Shown here piece after piece: positions 1 to 11,825 of a DNA stretch of 62,159 nucleotides (positions are counted from its first letter, which is position 1; each line of letters starts with the position of its first letter). The position numbers were made by a program, and so were the translations under genes. The stretch is from Microbacterium sp. (GTDB lineage: Bacteria; Actinomycetota; Actinomycetes; Actinomycetales; Microbacteriaceae). The notes under the pieces were generated by a model. The model saw only the letters and a program-made list of their open reading frames with translations. It searched no databases and had not been told where the DNA came from. The stretch is taken from NCBI GenBank assembly GCA_047606715.1, contig JASGEE010000060.1, positions 1-62,159 on the forward strand, read 5' to 3'.

Positions 1-1536
1 AATGATCGAGCCGATCCCCGCGGCGGTCCAGGAGCGGTGCGCGGCGGCGGCGGTCACGACCAGCCACGGCAGCAGCAGATGAGCGATGACGACCGTCGGC
101 CGGCCCGTCACGAGCGCGTCGAGCAGCGTCGGGGCCAGCGCCCAGCCGACCGCGACCAGCGCGCGCACGACGGCGCGGTCGCTGAAGCGCGTCGCCGCGA
201 ACCAGCCGCCCAGCGCGGCCAGGGGCAGAGCGAGCACCCACAGCACGACGAGGGCGCGCGAGGGCGCGGCGGGCCACAGCGACCCGATCACCGCGACGAC
301 GGCGCTGAACGGGTCGGCCGGTCCGGACGTGTCCCACCCCAGCGGGCGCTGTCCGTACGTCGCGTCGGCCCACAGCTGACCGACGGTGGCGCGCAGGGGC
401 GCGAGCGCGCCGCCGCCGAGCACGGGCCAGGTCAGCAGCGACAGGAAGGCGAGCACCGAGACCAGCAGCGCGCCGAGCACGATCCACGCGCCGCCCCCGC
501 TGAAGAAGTGCAGATCACCGCGACCTCCGCCGGCCGCGGTGTCGTCGTCGAGGCGCAGACGCAACTGCCGGCCCGTCACTCGCAGCGGGGCGAGCTGCGC
601 CCAGGACACCGCGCGATGGGTCCGGATTCCGCGGCGGGCCCGGGCGACGGCGCCCACACGCGCCATCGTGGTCGCCGCCGCGCCCCACTCCGGGAGGATC
701 TCCGACGGGTGCGCGGCCAACAACGCGATCGAGCGCAACAAGGCGAGCGGCAGGAACGACAGCCAGTGCAGGGGCACGGCGGCGGCCGGCGCATAGACGA
801 GACGCCGGTGCAGCTGCGCGGTGCGCTGCGCATACGCGGTGCGCATGCCGCCGTCCGCACCGCCGACGGCGATGATCGCGAGCGGCGCGAGGACGACGCG
901 GCTGCCGGCCAGGCGCGCGCGTACACCGAGGTCGAGCCCCTCGTCGGCACCGGCGAGGGCACGGTCGATCCCGTGCAATCGCTGCCAGGCATCGGCGCGC
1001 ACCAGGATGCCGCGCACATCGGAGCCGAGGACGTCGTCGCCGCCGTCGTGCTGCCCCTGATCGAACTCTCCGTCCACGAGACCCACGGTGCGCCCGTACG
1101 GCGTCATCGAGACACCGAGCGAGACGATGCGGTCGTTGTCGGCGGCACGCACGAGCTTGGGGGCGGCGAACGCGACGGAGGGCGACGTCTCCAACGCGCC
1201 CTCGAGGCGGATCAGCGCGTCGGGTGCGGGCGTCGTGTCGTGCGAGAGCACCCAGACGGCGTCACCGTCGAGGCGGTGCGAGGCCAAGGCGAGGGCCTGC
1301 GCGAACGAGGCACGTCGATCGGCGGCGATGATGGCCTCGGCGCCCGATGCCGCCGCGACGCGCTGCACGTCTCCGCCCGGTGCTCCGTCGCCCCCCGTGC
1401 CGCACAGCACGATCGTGAGCACGTCGACGGGCCGCGTCTGGGCGGCGAGCGCATCGAGCGCCCGCTGGAGGCGGATGTCTGCCGCTGCGCGCCCGTCGGG
1501 GCGCACGATCAGCAGTGCGTGAACTCGGGAGGGCAT
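1..1536 (-). CDS. Family 2 glycosyltransferase with C-terminal membrane region (3' end runs off window)
   Basis: Manual translation from ATG 1536: MPSRVHALLIVRPDG...ALDALAAQTRPVDVLTIV...WVLSHDTTPAPDAL...EGLDLGVRARLAG (GT-A features), then hydrophobic segments; TAGGCT upstream. Absent from ORF track because it is open at the window edge. Confidence 0.8.
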   Translation of the reverse strand, partial: MPSRVHALLIVRPDGRAAADIRLQRALDALAAQTRPVDVLTIVLCGTGGDGAPGGDVQRVAAASGAEAIIAADRRASFAQALALASHRLDGDAVWVLSHDTTPAPDALIRLEGALETSPSVAFAAPKLVRAADNDRIVSLGVSMTPYGRTVGLVDGEFDQGQHDGGDDVLGSDVRGILVRADAWQRLHGIDRALAGADEGLDLGVRARLAGSRVVLAPLAIIAVGGADGGMRTAYAQRTAQLHRRLVYAPAAAVPLHWLSFLPLALLRSIALLAAHPSEILPEWGAAATTMARVGAVARARRGIRTHRAVSWAQLAPLRVTGRQLRLRLDDDTAAGGGRGDLHFFSGGGAWIVLGALLVSVLAFLSLLTWPVLGGGALAPLRATVGQLWADATYGQRPLGWDTSGPADPFSAVVAVIGSLWPAAPSRALVVLWVLALPLAALGGWFAATRFSDRAVVRALVAVGWALAPTLLDALVTGRPTVVIAHLLLPWLVVTAAAAHRSWTAAGIGSII

Positions 1537-1615
1537 GACCCCGTCAGCCTAAGCGCGGGCGCTATGCGTCCCCGCAGGCGCGCCCGGGTTGCGCGTACCC
1601 GGCGTCCACCCGGCG

Positions 1616-1933
1616 TCAGGCCCGGCGCTTGAGCTTGCGACGCTCGCGCTCGCTCAGTCCGCCCCAGATCCCGAAGCGTTCGTCGTTGCGCAGGGCGTAT
1701 TCCAAGCACTCGTCGCGGACGTCGCACGAGGTGCAGATGCGCTTGGCGTCGCGCGTCGATCCGCCCTTCTCGGGGAAGAACGCTTCGGGGTCGGTCTGCG
1801 CGCACAACGCATCGGCCTGCCAGGCCAACGCCGTGTCGTCGCCGACGGGTGCGGGGCGGCGCACACCGGGAACGCCGAGGTTGACCGGGTCGACGAACCA
1901 GTTGTCGGGGGCGCCGGAGCGGTAACCCGTCAT
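1616..1933 (-). CDS. whiB2: WhiB family Fe-S transcription regulator, WhiB2/WhmD type
   Basis: WQADALCAQTDPEAFFPEKGGSTRDAKRICTSCDVRDECLEYAL...GIWGGLSERERRKL; 4 Cys plus GIWGG; RBS GGGGAGAA before ATG 1933. Confidence 0.93.
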   Translation of the reverse strand: MTGYRSGAPDNWFVDPVNLGVPGVRRPAPVGDDTALAWQADALCAQTDPEAFFPEKGGSTRDAKRICTSCDVRDECLEYALRNDERFGIWGGLSERERRKLKRRA

Positions 1934-1981
1934 ATCGTTCTCCCCACGTTTTCCCATCGCGCCCGTGCGCGTGTTGGAATA

Positions 1982-2010
1982 ATTACACCCTTGTCATTCG
2001 CTGCGGTCAA
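1982..2010 (-). promoter_or_regulatory. SigA-type promoter of whiB2
   Basis: Minus strand TTGACC-N17-TGTAAT. Confidence 0.55.
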
Positions 2011-2057
2011 GTCGCAGATGATAAACCCTCAAGGCGTGATTGAACCTTCGCGCGCGG

Positions 2058-3230
2058 TCACGGCGTGTCGCCACCCGGCTGCGCGACGAAGGCCTCCCCG
2101 GCGCCGGTGAGAGTCACGGTCCGCTCGTCGCCGAGATAGGCACCCTGCCCCGCTCCCAGCTCCACCGAGGCCGCGCCCGCCGCCACCCGCACACTCCCGG
2201 CAGTGGCCAGCACGATCGCCGGTCCGCGCAGCGCGAGCTCGACGGGTGCCGACACCGTGGCCCGGGTCAGAGCGAAGTCGGGGACACCGGGGGCGAACTC
2301 CCAGACGCCGTCGGCCACGGCACGCGGCGTGACCAGCGGCGCGGGCCCCGGGCGCGCGTCGAGCACCCGGAGGAGTTCGGGGACATCGACGTGTTTGGGC
2401 GTGAGCCCCCCGCGCAGGACGTTGTCGCTGGCCGCCATGAGCTCCACCCCGAGCCCGTACTGGTACGCGTGCAGCACTCCGGCCGGGGCGAACAGCGCTT
2501 CGCCGCGGCTCAGACGGACGTGATTCATCAGCAACGCGACGATCAGTCCCGCATCTCCCGGGAAGTCTGCGGCGGCGCAGCGCAGCACCGCGATCTCGTC
2601 GGCGAACTCGGCGAGGGCGCCTCCGGCCGTGTCACCGTCTGAGGCGGCCGCATCCAGTGCCGAGGCCAGCTGGGTCACGGTGGCGGGTTCGGCATCCGTC
2701 AGCGCCCAGGCGACGGCCTCGCGCAGCACGGTCTGCTCGGACCGCTCGTCGTCGACCAGTCGCGCCGCGATGGATGCCGCTCCTGCGCCGAGCCCGGCGA
2801 CGAAGCGCCGGGTCGCGGCGAGCGGCCGCAGCCCGACGAGCGCGTCGAAACGCTCGCTGAGGGCCACGATGATCTCGGGCTTGTGGTTCGCGTCGCGGTA
2901 GAGCCGGTCGACTCCGTCGCGGGGCAGACCGACCTGCTCCTCGCGGGCGAAGCCGGCGAGCGCCTGCGCCTTCGTCGGGTGAGCCTGGATCGACAGCGAG
3001 GACCCGGCGGCCAACAGCTTCAGCAGGAACGGCAGGGGGGGCTGCCCCGCTTCGCCCAGGACGACATCGAGCGTGCGCCCGTCGCGCGTGACGGAAGGAC
3101 TGCCGGGGTGGTCGCCGTACCAGATCTCCGCCTCCGGGGCTCCGGTGGGGACACGACCCTGCAATGCCGGGATGAGGTCGATCGCTCCCCACGAGTAGTC
3201 GCGCGGCGTGTTGGAGATGGCGATCAGCAC
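2058..3230 (-). CDS. manA: Mannose-6-phosphate isomerase class I
   Basis: YSWG, AEIWYGDHP, LPFLLKLL, LSIQAHP, DANHKPE, HAYQYG, ELMAASDNVLRGGLTPKHVD. Confidence 0.95.
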   Translation of the reverse strand: MLIAISNTPRDYSWGAIDLIPALQGRVPTGAPEAEIWYGDHPGSPSVTRDGRTLDVVLGEAGQPPLPFLLKLLAAGSSLSIQAHPTKAQALAGFAREEQVGLPRDGVDRLYRDANHKPEIIVALSERFDALVGLRPLAATRRFVAGLGAGAASIAARLVDDERSEQTVLREAVAWALTDAEPATVTQLASALDAAASDGDTAGGALAEFADEIAVLRCAAADFPGDAGLIVALLMNHVRLSRGEALFAPAGVLHAYQYGLGVELMAASDNVLRGGLTPKHVDVPELLRVLDARPGPAPLVTPRAVADGVWEFAPGVPDFALTRATVSAPVELALRGPAIVLATAGSVRVAAGAASVELGAGQGAYLGDERTVTLTGAGEAFVAQPGGDTP

Positions 3231-3281
3231 CCCGCCAGTCTAAAGCGGGCGCGCACCGGCCCCGCGGTACCCTGACTGATC

Positions 3282-4676
3282 ATGGCCGTCGTCACCCCAC
3301 ACTCCATCTCGGCACCGCCGTCGGCGCCGATCCGGGAGAAGACGGGCCATATTCTGCTGCGCGGCTGGTGCATCTTCGTGATCGCGGCAGCGCTGGGCGG
3401 CACCGCGTGGCTGATGATGTTCGGCACCGTGGCCACGGCGATCGTGGCCTACGCCTCGGGGCTCGTCTCGCTCGCGCTGTGGTTCGTCGTGCGCCCCGAG
3501 GTGCAGTGGCGTCGCCTGCCCTGGTTCGCCGTCGGATACGTGGCGTGGGCGGCCTGCTCCCTGCTGTGGAGCGCGTATGCGGGCACGTCGCTGCTGACGC
3601 TCCTGCTGCTGGTGTCCACGACGGTGCAGGCGATGTTCGTCGCCTCGGTGCTGACGTGGCGCGAGATCTCGCGCACCATCGCGTCGGCGCTGAAGTGGAT
3701 CCTCGGGCTGTCCCTCGTCTTCGAGCTGTGGGTATCGCTCGTGTGGGGCGGGCCGATCCTTCCGCGGTTCGTGCGTCCCGACGCCGAGGTGGCCGATCCG
3801 ATCGTGCTCTGGTCGCGCGACAACCTGTTCACCGGCGGCCGCATCCAGGGTCTGTTCGGCAACGCGAATCCGCTGGCGTATGCGGCGCTGCTGGGCATGA
3901 TCGTCTTCGCGATCCGTTTCGTCTCCCGGGCGCCGCGGCGGCCGCTGCTCGTGGTGTGGTTCGCGATGGCCGCGTTCCTGTTCGTGCGGGCGGGGTCGGC
4001 GACGGCATGGCTGGCGGCAGCGGCGGTCGTGGTCGTGCTGGCGACGGCATTGCTCATGCGCACGACGAGCAGGCCTGGTGCGCGGACGCGCTTCTACATC
4101 GGTTACCTCGTCGTCGGCGGCGGCGGTCTCATCGCGCTGTGGTCGTCGCGCACGGCGATCTTCACCCTGCTCGGCCGTTCGGCCGACCTCACCGGCCGCG
4201 AGGGCATCTGGGAGATCGTGTGGCTCAAGGCGCTCGAACGTCCCGTCGTCGGCTGGGGATTTGCGACGCCGTGGGTGCCGACCGACCCCGCTTTCGACGG
4301 CTGGATCGTCGATCACGGCGTGACTGTCATGCAGGCCCACAACATGTGGCTCGACGTGTTCTTCCAGCTCGGCGGGGTCGGCGTGCTCCTCGTCGCTCTG
4401 ACGTTTCTGGCATACACGTGGCGGTCCTGGTTCTTCGCCGTCGACCGCCCCCGCTGGGATCTCGTCGCCGACCGCCCGTACTCGGCGGTGACCCTGCTGC
4501 CCACCCTCGTCGCGGCCGTCCTCCTCGTGCAGGGGCTCGCCGAGTCGGCGCCGCTGCTGGGTTGGGGGTGGTTTCTCATGATCCTGCTCGCGTTCAAGAT
4601 CAAGCAGGCGCCGCTGCTCGGCCGCGGGCCGTCGGAGCAGCGCCTCATCGGCGAGCAGGGCGAGCGGCTCAGGTGA
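3282..4676 (+). CDS. O-antigen ligase/Wzy_C-like polysaccharide polymerase membrane protein
   Basis: Multi-TM; GLFGNAN, LTGREGIW, RPVVGWG, QAHNMWLDVFFQLGGVG motifs. Confidence 0.85.
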   Translation: MAVVTPHSISAPPSAPIREKTGHILLRGWCIFVIAAALGGTAWLMMFGTVATAIVAYASGLVSLALWFVVRPEVQWRRLPWFAVGYVAWAACSLLWSAYAGTSLLTLLLLVSTTVQAMFVASVLTWREISRTIASALKWILGLSLVFELWVSLVWGGPILPRFVRPDAEVADPIVLWSRDNLFTGGRIQGLFGNANPLAYAALLGMIVFAIRFVSRAPRRPLLVVWFAMAAFLFVRAGSATAWLAAAAVVVVLATALLMRTTSRPGARTRFYIGYLVVGGGGLIALWSSRTAIFTLLGRSADLTGREGIWEIVWLKALERPVVGWGFATPWVPTDPAFDGWIVDHGVTVMQAHNMWLDVFFQLGGVGVLLVALTFLAYTWRSWFFAVDRPRWDLVADRPYSAVTLLPTLVAAVLLVQGLAESAPLLGWGWFLMILLAFKIKQAPLLGRGPSEQRLIGEQGERLR

Positions 4677-4680
4677 GGCC

Positions 4681-6012
4681 ATGAGTCTGGATGCCGCTCA
4701 CACGCCCAACGCCCCCGGCGGACCGGGGACCCTGACCCACCTGCTCGGCTCGGCGGACCTCGCGCGCGCGTTCACTCTGACCGCTTTCGCCGCTCTCGTG
4801 GGCACGCACCTGATCGAGAGCCTGGCCGGTGTCGTGACGCTGCGCACCGTGATTGCGGGACTGTGCCTCGTCGCGATCGGAATCCTGGTGGCCCGCCGTG
4901 CCGAGATCTCGCTCGTCCGCCTCGTGCCGACCACGTTGCTCATGCTCGTCGCGTGGGCGCTCGCCAGCGTCTTCTGGAGTCCGGACGCGCTCGCGAGCCT
5001 CGGCCGGTGGGCGGCGATGGCCGCCGTCGCGCTCCTGGCGGTGACGATCGGCCACGTCCGCGACACGCTGCAGACGGTGCGGGCCCTCGGCGACGTGCTG
5101 CGCGTCGCGCTCGTGCTGTCGCTGGCGCTGGAGATCGTGGCGGGCATCCTGCTCGACATGCCCCTGCCCTTCCTCGGGATCAAAGGCGACATCACGAGCC
5201 TCGGGCCGCTGCAGGGCATCTTCGGCACCCGCAACATGCTGGGTTTCGTCACGGTGGTGGCGATGATCACTTTCGTCGTCGAGATGCGCACGTATTCGGT
5301 GCGTCCGTGGGTGGCAGCGGGCTCGCTGTCGCTGGCCGCCGCCCTCGGCCTGCTGTCGGCGTCTCCGACGGTGCTCGTGCTCGCCGTGGTGGTCGGCGCG
5401 GCCACGGCCGCGCTCGCCCTGGTGCGCGCCGTGTCCGTCGAGCGTCGCCCCGCGGTGCAGTGGGCCCTCGCAACGGCGGTGCTCGTGGCGGGCATCACGG
5501 GCTATGCGCAGCGGGCGCGCATCCTCGCTCTGCTCGGCGCGACCGACGACATCGAGATGCGCGCGCGGCTGTGGGCTCTCGCGCGGTACTTCGCGGCGCG
5601 GCGTCCGGTGCAGGGCTGGGGCTGGTTCGGGGTGTGGGAAGGCGGCGAGCAGCCGTTCTTCTCGATCAACCTGCTGCTCGACAAGAACCACACGACATCC
5701 CTGAACGCCTACGTCGACGTGCTCCTGCAGCTGGGCTGGGCGGGACTGCTGCTGCTGGTCGCTTTCGGAGGCATCGCCGTCGTGCGGTCGTGGATCATCG
5801 CGAGCCGCCGCCGGTCGATCGTCTACGCCTGGACGCCACTGATCCTGGTGACGCTCGCGGTGACGAGCCTGTTCGAGTCGTTCGCCCTGTTCGGGCTGGG
5901 CTGGATGCTTCTCGTGCTGTGCGCCGTGCGCGCGGGTCAGTCCCGCTCCTGGCGCCATCGACTCAGCCCCGACGGCAACGCCTCGGCGGGGAGCGCGCGG
6001 CTCACGCCATAA
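4681..6012 (+). CDS. Second O-antigen ligase/Wzy_C-like membrane protein
   Basis: Multi-TM; QGIFGTRNMLG, RARLW, RPVQGWG, SLNAYVDVLLQLGWAG. Confidence 0.8.
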   Translation: MSLDAAHTPNAPGGPGTLTHLLGSADLARAFTLTAFAALVGTHLIESLAGVVTLRTVIAGLCLVAIGILVARRAEISLVRLVPTTLLMLVAWALASVFWSPDALASLGRWAAMAAVALLAVTIGHVRDTLQTVRALGDVLRVALVLSLALEIVAGILLDMPLPFLGIKGDITSLGPLQGIFGTRNMLGFVTVVAMITFVVEMRTYSVRPWVAAGSLSLAAALGLLSASPTVLVLAVVVGAATAALALVRAVSVERRPAVQWALATAVLVAGITGYAQRARILALLGATDDIEMRARLWALARYFAARRPVQGWGWFGVWEGGEQPFFSINLLLDKNHTTSLNAYVDVLLQLGWAGLLLLVAFGGIAVVRSWIIASRRRSIVYAWTPLILVTLAVTSLFESFALFGLGWMLLVLCAVRAGQSRSWRHRLSPDGNASAGSARLTP

Positions 6013-6094
6013 CCCGCGCCGCGCCTGTTCGCGGCATGCTCAGAGTTCGTGCACCCTAGACTCGGAGATTGTTGTCTTCGACCGGAGGTGTATC

Positions 6095-8500
6095 GTGCGA
6101 CGCATTCGCCGTCGGCTGCGCCGCAGTCGCCTGCTGCGACGCGGGAGATTCGCACCGTACAAGGCGATGTACCGGTTCTGGAGCCGGCGTCCGGTGGTGC
6201 CGGGACGCACGCTGTTCCTCTCCGACGCCCGAGCGGACTTCTCCGGGAACTTCGCGTTCCTGCGCGACGAGCTGCTGCGCCAGGACCCCGACGCCGACAT
6301 CCGAGCCGTGTTCAAGCCGAGTCTGAAGACACCCCGGCCGTTGCGCGACATCTGGCAGCTGCCGCGCCTCATGGCGTCGGCGCAGACGATCGTGCTCGAT
6401 GACTACTACCCGATCGTGTATCCGCTCACGATCCGCCCGGAGAGCCGGCTCCTGCAGGTGTGGCACGCCGCCGGGGCCTTCAAGCGGGTCGGGTGGAGCC
6501 GCGTCGGTCTGCCGGGCGGCCCGGTCCCCACCTCGCCCGTGCACCTCAACTACACCGATGCGACGGTCAGTTCCGAAGGCGTCCGCGCCGACTATGCCGA
6601 GGCCTACGGCATCGACATCGCCAAGGTGCACGCCCTGGGCGTGCCGCGCACGGACATCTTCTTCGACGCCGAGGCCATAGCCAGCGCCAGCGCCATGATC
6701 CGCGCGCGATACGGCGTGCCGGAGAGCCGCCGCATCGCGCTTTTCGCACCGACCTTCCGCGGCGACGGGCAGCGCTCGGCGAGATTCGACTTCGGCAGCG
6801 TCGACTGGCAGCAGCTGGCCGACAGTCTCGGCGACGAGTGGACGCTGATGGTCAAGATGCATCCGTTCGTGGCTCCTCTCGATGAGAGTGTGCCCGGGCT
6901 GCGGGGCGTCATCGATGTCACGCGCGACCGCGAGATGACCGAGCTGATGATGGCCGCCGATGTGCTCATCACCGACTATTCGTCCGCGATCTTCGAGTTC
7001 AGCCTCCTCAACCGCCCGATCGTGTTCTTCTGCCCCGATCTGCTCGAATACACGGCCTCACGCGACTTCTACCGTCCGTTCGGGCGCTACGTCGTCGGTC
7101 CCCTCGTCACCGACGGCGACGAGCTCGCCACGGCCATCATGACGGCGACGGCGACAGAGGTCGCCTCGGCGTTCCACGAGGAGTTCTTGTCGGCGTGCGA
7201 CGGGCACTCGAGCGAGCGCATCGTGCGCGAGCTGATCCTGCGCCCCCGCACGAGGTCGTCGGTCCCGCGCGCGGCGGCGGCGCCCGGCGGCACGCCCGAA
7301 CCGACGCGCGCGTCGGGATGGATGCCGGCGCGGCTCGCGCTCGCGTGGCTCGCCCGCACGACGCTCGCCATCGCGTACGCACCGCTGAAGCTACTGCCGA
7401 CTCAGCGGAAAGTCGTCATGATCAGCCGAGAGCACCCCACGATCCCGACGGATTTCGCCGATCTGCGCGAGGCGATCGTGCGCCGCGATCCCACCGTGAC
7501 GGTGGTCACCCTCGTGCGCATGGTGCCACCGGGCGTTCTCGGAAAGCTGCGATACGCCGTCCACATGCTGCGTCAGCTCTACGAGATCGCGACCGCGCGC
7601 GTGCTCATCCTCGACACCTACGCGATCGTCGCAAGCGTCCTTCAGCACAAGAGCGATCTCACGGTCATCCAGATGTGGCATGCGCTCGGGGCTTTCAAGA
7701 AGTTCGGGCTCAGCATTCTCGACCGAGCGGAGGGCCGCGACGCACGACTGGCCCGCGCGATGCGGATGCACGAGGGATACGACATGGTCCTCGCCAGCAG
7801 CGAGAGGTGCCGCGCGGCGTACGCCGAGGCGTTCGGCGCATCGCCGGAGCGCGTCGTGGTCGCACCCCTGCCGCGCGTAGACCGGCTGCGCGACCCGGTC
7901 AGGACAGCGGCCACGCGTGAGCTCATCCTCGACGCGCACCCGCACCTTGCGGGCCGCCGCGTCGCGGTGTTCGCCCCGACCTTCCGCCTCGACGGCACGG
8001 TCAGCGTCGACGTCGGCGTGCTGGCGGCGCGGCTGGAGGCGATCGGCGTCCACACGGTGGTCAAGACCCACCCGCTCATGCAGGTGCAGCTCCCCCCCGA
8101 TCTCGACACCGGCGACGGCTTCTCCACGCAGGAGATGCTCACGATCGCCGACATCTTCATCACCGACTATTCCTCGGCGCTGTACGAGGCCGCCCTCGCG
8201 GGGATCCCGACGTACTTCCTCGCACCGGATCTGGACGAATACCTCGCTTCCCGGGACTTCTATCTCGACTTTCGACGCGAACTGCCCGGTCCGATCGTTC
8301 GGAGCGTGGACGAGCTGACCGCCGCGGTCGCGGCCCACGTCGCGACCGCGAACGACGCCGTCGACTTCGCCCAGCGTTGGGTGGAGATCCCCCACGACGA
8401 GAGTGCGACGCCCTGCACCGACGAGATCGCCGACATCGTGATCGACGCCGTGTCGGGTATCCGCCGCCCCGTGTCATCGTCGGCGCAGTCGGTAGGATGA
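6095..8500 (+). CDS. CDP-glycerol/ribitol phosphotransferase family protein (TagF/TagB-like), two tandem domains
   Basis: Each half has Q(V/M)WHA.GAFK, FAPTFR, K.HP and ITDYSS motifs; RBS GGAGGT before GTG 6095. Confidence 0.88.
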   Translation: MRRIRRRLRRSRLLRRGRFAPYKAMYRFWSRRPVVPGRTLFLSDARADFSGNFAFLRDELLRQDPDADIRAVFKPSLKTPRPLRDIWQLPRLMASAQTIVLDDYYPIVYPLTIRPESRLLQVWHAAGAFKRVGWSRVGLPGGPVPTSPVHLNYTDATVSSEGVRADYAEAYGIDIAKVHALGVPRTDIFFDAEAIASASAMIRARYGVPESRRIALFAPTFRGDGQRSARFDFGSVDWQQLADSLGDEWTLMVKMHPFVAPLDESVPGLRGVIDVTRDREMTELMMAADVLITDYSSAIFEFSLLNRPIVFFCPDLLEYTASRDFYRPFGRYVVGPLVTDGDELATAIMTATATEVASAFHEEFLSACDGHSSERIVRELILRPRTRSSVPRAAAAPGGTPEPTRASGWMPARLALAWLARTTLAIAYAPLKLLPTQRKVVMISREHPTIPTDFADLREAIVRRDPTVTVVTLVRMVPPGVLGKLRYAVHMLRQLYEIATARVLILDTYAIVASVLQHKSDLTVIQMWHALGAFKKFGLSILDRAEGRDARLARAMRMHEGYDMVLASSERCRAAYAEAFGASPERVVVAPLPRVDRLRDPVRTAATRELILDAHPHLAGRRVAVFAPTFRLDGTVSVDVGVLAARLEAIGVHTVVKTHPLMQVQLPPDLDTGDGFSTQEMLTIADIFITDYSSALYEAALAGIPTYFLAPDLDEYLASRDFYLDFRRELPGPIVRSVDELTAAVAAHVATANDAVDFAQRWVEIPHDESATPCTDEIADIVIDAVSGIRRPVSSSAQSVG

Positions 8501-8504
8501 CCGG

Positions 8505-9908
8505 ATGAGCAATACGCGCACCGTTGCGATCGTGCTTGCCGGGGGCGTGGGCGTCCGCGTCGGGCTCGGCATCCCGAAACAGCTGATCAAGATCGCGGGG
8601 AAGGCGATCGTCGAGCACACGCTCGAGGCGCTGCAGAACAGCCCCCTGATCGACGAGATCATCATCATGATGAATGCCGAGTCGATCCATGAGCTCGATC
8701 ATCTCGCCGCCAACCCCCGCTTCTCGAAACTGACCCAGATCCTTCCCGGCGGCAGCACCCGCAACGAGACGACGCGGCTGGCCCTCGCGGCCCTCAGCGA
8801 CGACGACACCAAGGTGTTGTTCCATGACGCCGTCCGGCCGTTCCTCGACGATCGCATCATCGCGGATTGTGTGAGCGCCCTCGACAGCTACGAAGCGGTC
8901 GACACCGCCATCCCCTCCGCCGACACCATCATCCAGGTCGACGCACAACGCCGTATCACCGCGATCCCCGATCGATCCTTCCTGCGGCGCGGGCAGACCC
9001 CCCAGGCCTTCCGGCTCGGCACGATCCGCCGCGCCTACGAGATCGCCGCGGGCGACCCCGACTTCACGGCGACCGACGACTGCGGCGTCGTCTTCGCCTA
9101 CCTGCCCGACGTCCCGATATACGTCGTGGACGGCACGGCGGAGAACATGAAGGTGACCGAGCCGATCGACGTGCACATCGCCGACAAGCTGTTCCAGCTG
9201 CAGTCGGCGAGTCTCTCGCTGGAGAGCATGTCGTCGGTGCCGGATCTGACCGGGCGGTCGGTCGTCGTCTTCGGTGGCAGCTACGGCATCGGTGAGAGCA
9301 TCGTCGCCCAGGCGCGGGCGGCGGGCGCGACGGTCCACGAGTTCAGCCGCACGACCACGGGCACCAACATCAAGTCGGGCAAGCACGTGCGCTCCGCGCT
9401 CGCCGCGGTCTACCAGGAGACCGGCCGCATCGACACCGTCGTCGTCACCGCCGGCGTGCTGCGCATCGCGCCGCTGGTCGAGAGCCCCAAGCGCGATCTG
9501 AAGGACACGATCGAGGTGAACCTCGTCGCCCCCGCCATCGTCGCGCGCGCCGCGCACCCGTATCTGGCCGAGACCGGAGGGCAGGTCGTGCTGTTCACGT
9601 CCAGCTCGTACACGCGAGGACGCGCCGGCTACAGCACGTACTCCGCGACGAAGGCCGGTGTCGTCAACCTGACGCAGGCCCTCGCCGAGGAGTGGACCGA
9701 TTCCGGGGTGCGGATCAACTGCATCAATCCGCAGCGCACGCACACGCCGATGCGTACCCGTGCCTTCGGCGAGGAGCCCAGCGGCACCCTGCTGGACCCC
9801 GCCGACGTCGCCCGCGTGACGCTGAACGTCGCCGCATCCGACATGACCGGTCAGATCGTGACCGTGCAGGTCGCGCAGATGGCTCGCAAGACCACCCCTG
9901 CCTCGTGA
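8505..9908 (+). CDS. Bifunctional IspD/TarI-like cytidylyltransferase + SDR reductase (Bcs1-like CDP-polyol synthase)
   Basis: N-term LAGGVGVRVG..PKQ, HDAVRP, QTPQAF, TDD; C-term GGSYGIG and YSATK SDR motifs. Confidence 0.88.
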   Translation: MSNTRTVAIVLAGGVGVRVGLGIPKQLIKIAGKAIVEHTLEALQNSPLIDEIIIMMNAESIHELDHLAANPRFSKLTQILPGGSTRNETTRLALAALSDDDTKVLFHDAVRPFLDDRIIADCVSALDSYEAVDTAIPSADTIIQVDAQRRITAIPDRSFLRRGQTPQAFRLGTIRRAYEIAAGDPDFTATDDCGVVFAYLPDVPIYVVDGTAENMKVTEPIDVHIADKLFQLQSASLSLESMSSVPDLTGRSVVVFGGSYGIGESIVAQARAAGATVHEFSRTTTGTNIKSGKHVRSALAAVYQETGRIDTVVVTAGVLRIAPLVESPKRDLKDTIEVNLVAPAIVARAAHPYLAETGGQVVLFTSSSYTRGRAGYSTYSATKAGVVNLTQALAEEWTDSGVRINCINPQRTHTPMRTRAFGEEPSGTLLDPADVARVTLNVAASDMTGQIVTVQVAQMARKTTPAS

Positions 9909-9950
9909 GCGGTGCCCGTTGGGATCCGCCAGCTTGCGGTGAGAGGATAG

Positions 9951-11824
<1,874 letters not shown>

Positions 11825-11825
<1 letters not shown>

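Noticed and set aside
37-1632. 531-aa plus-strand ORF and the many other long overlapping ORFs (e.g. 24135-26534, 39116-41059, 51465-54053, 58058-60088)
   Set aside because: Shadow ORFs of high-GC genes: Arg/Gly/Ala-rich, no motifs, antisense or frame-shifted to recognisable genes.
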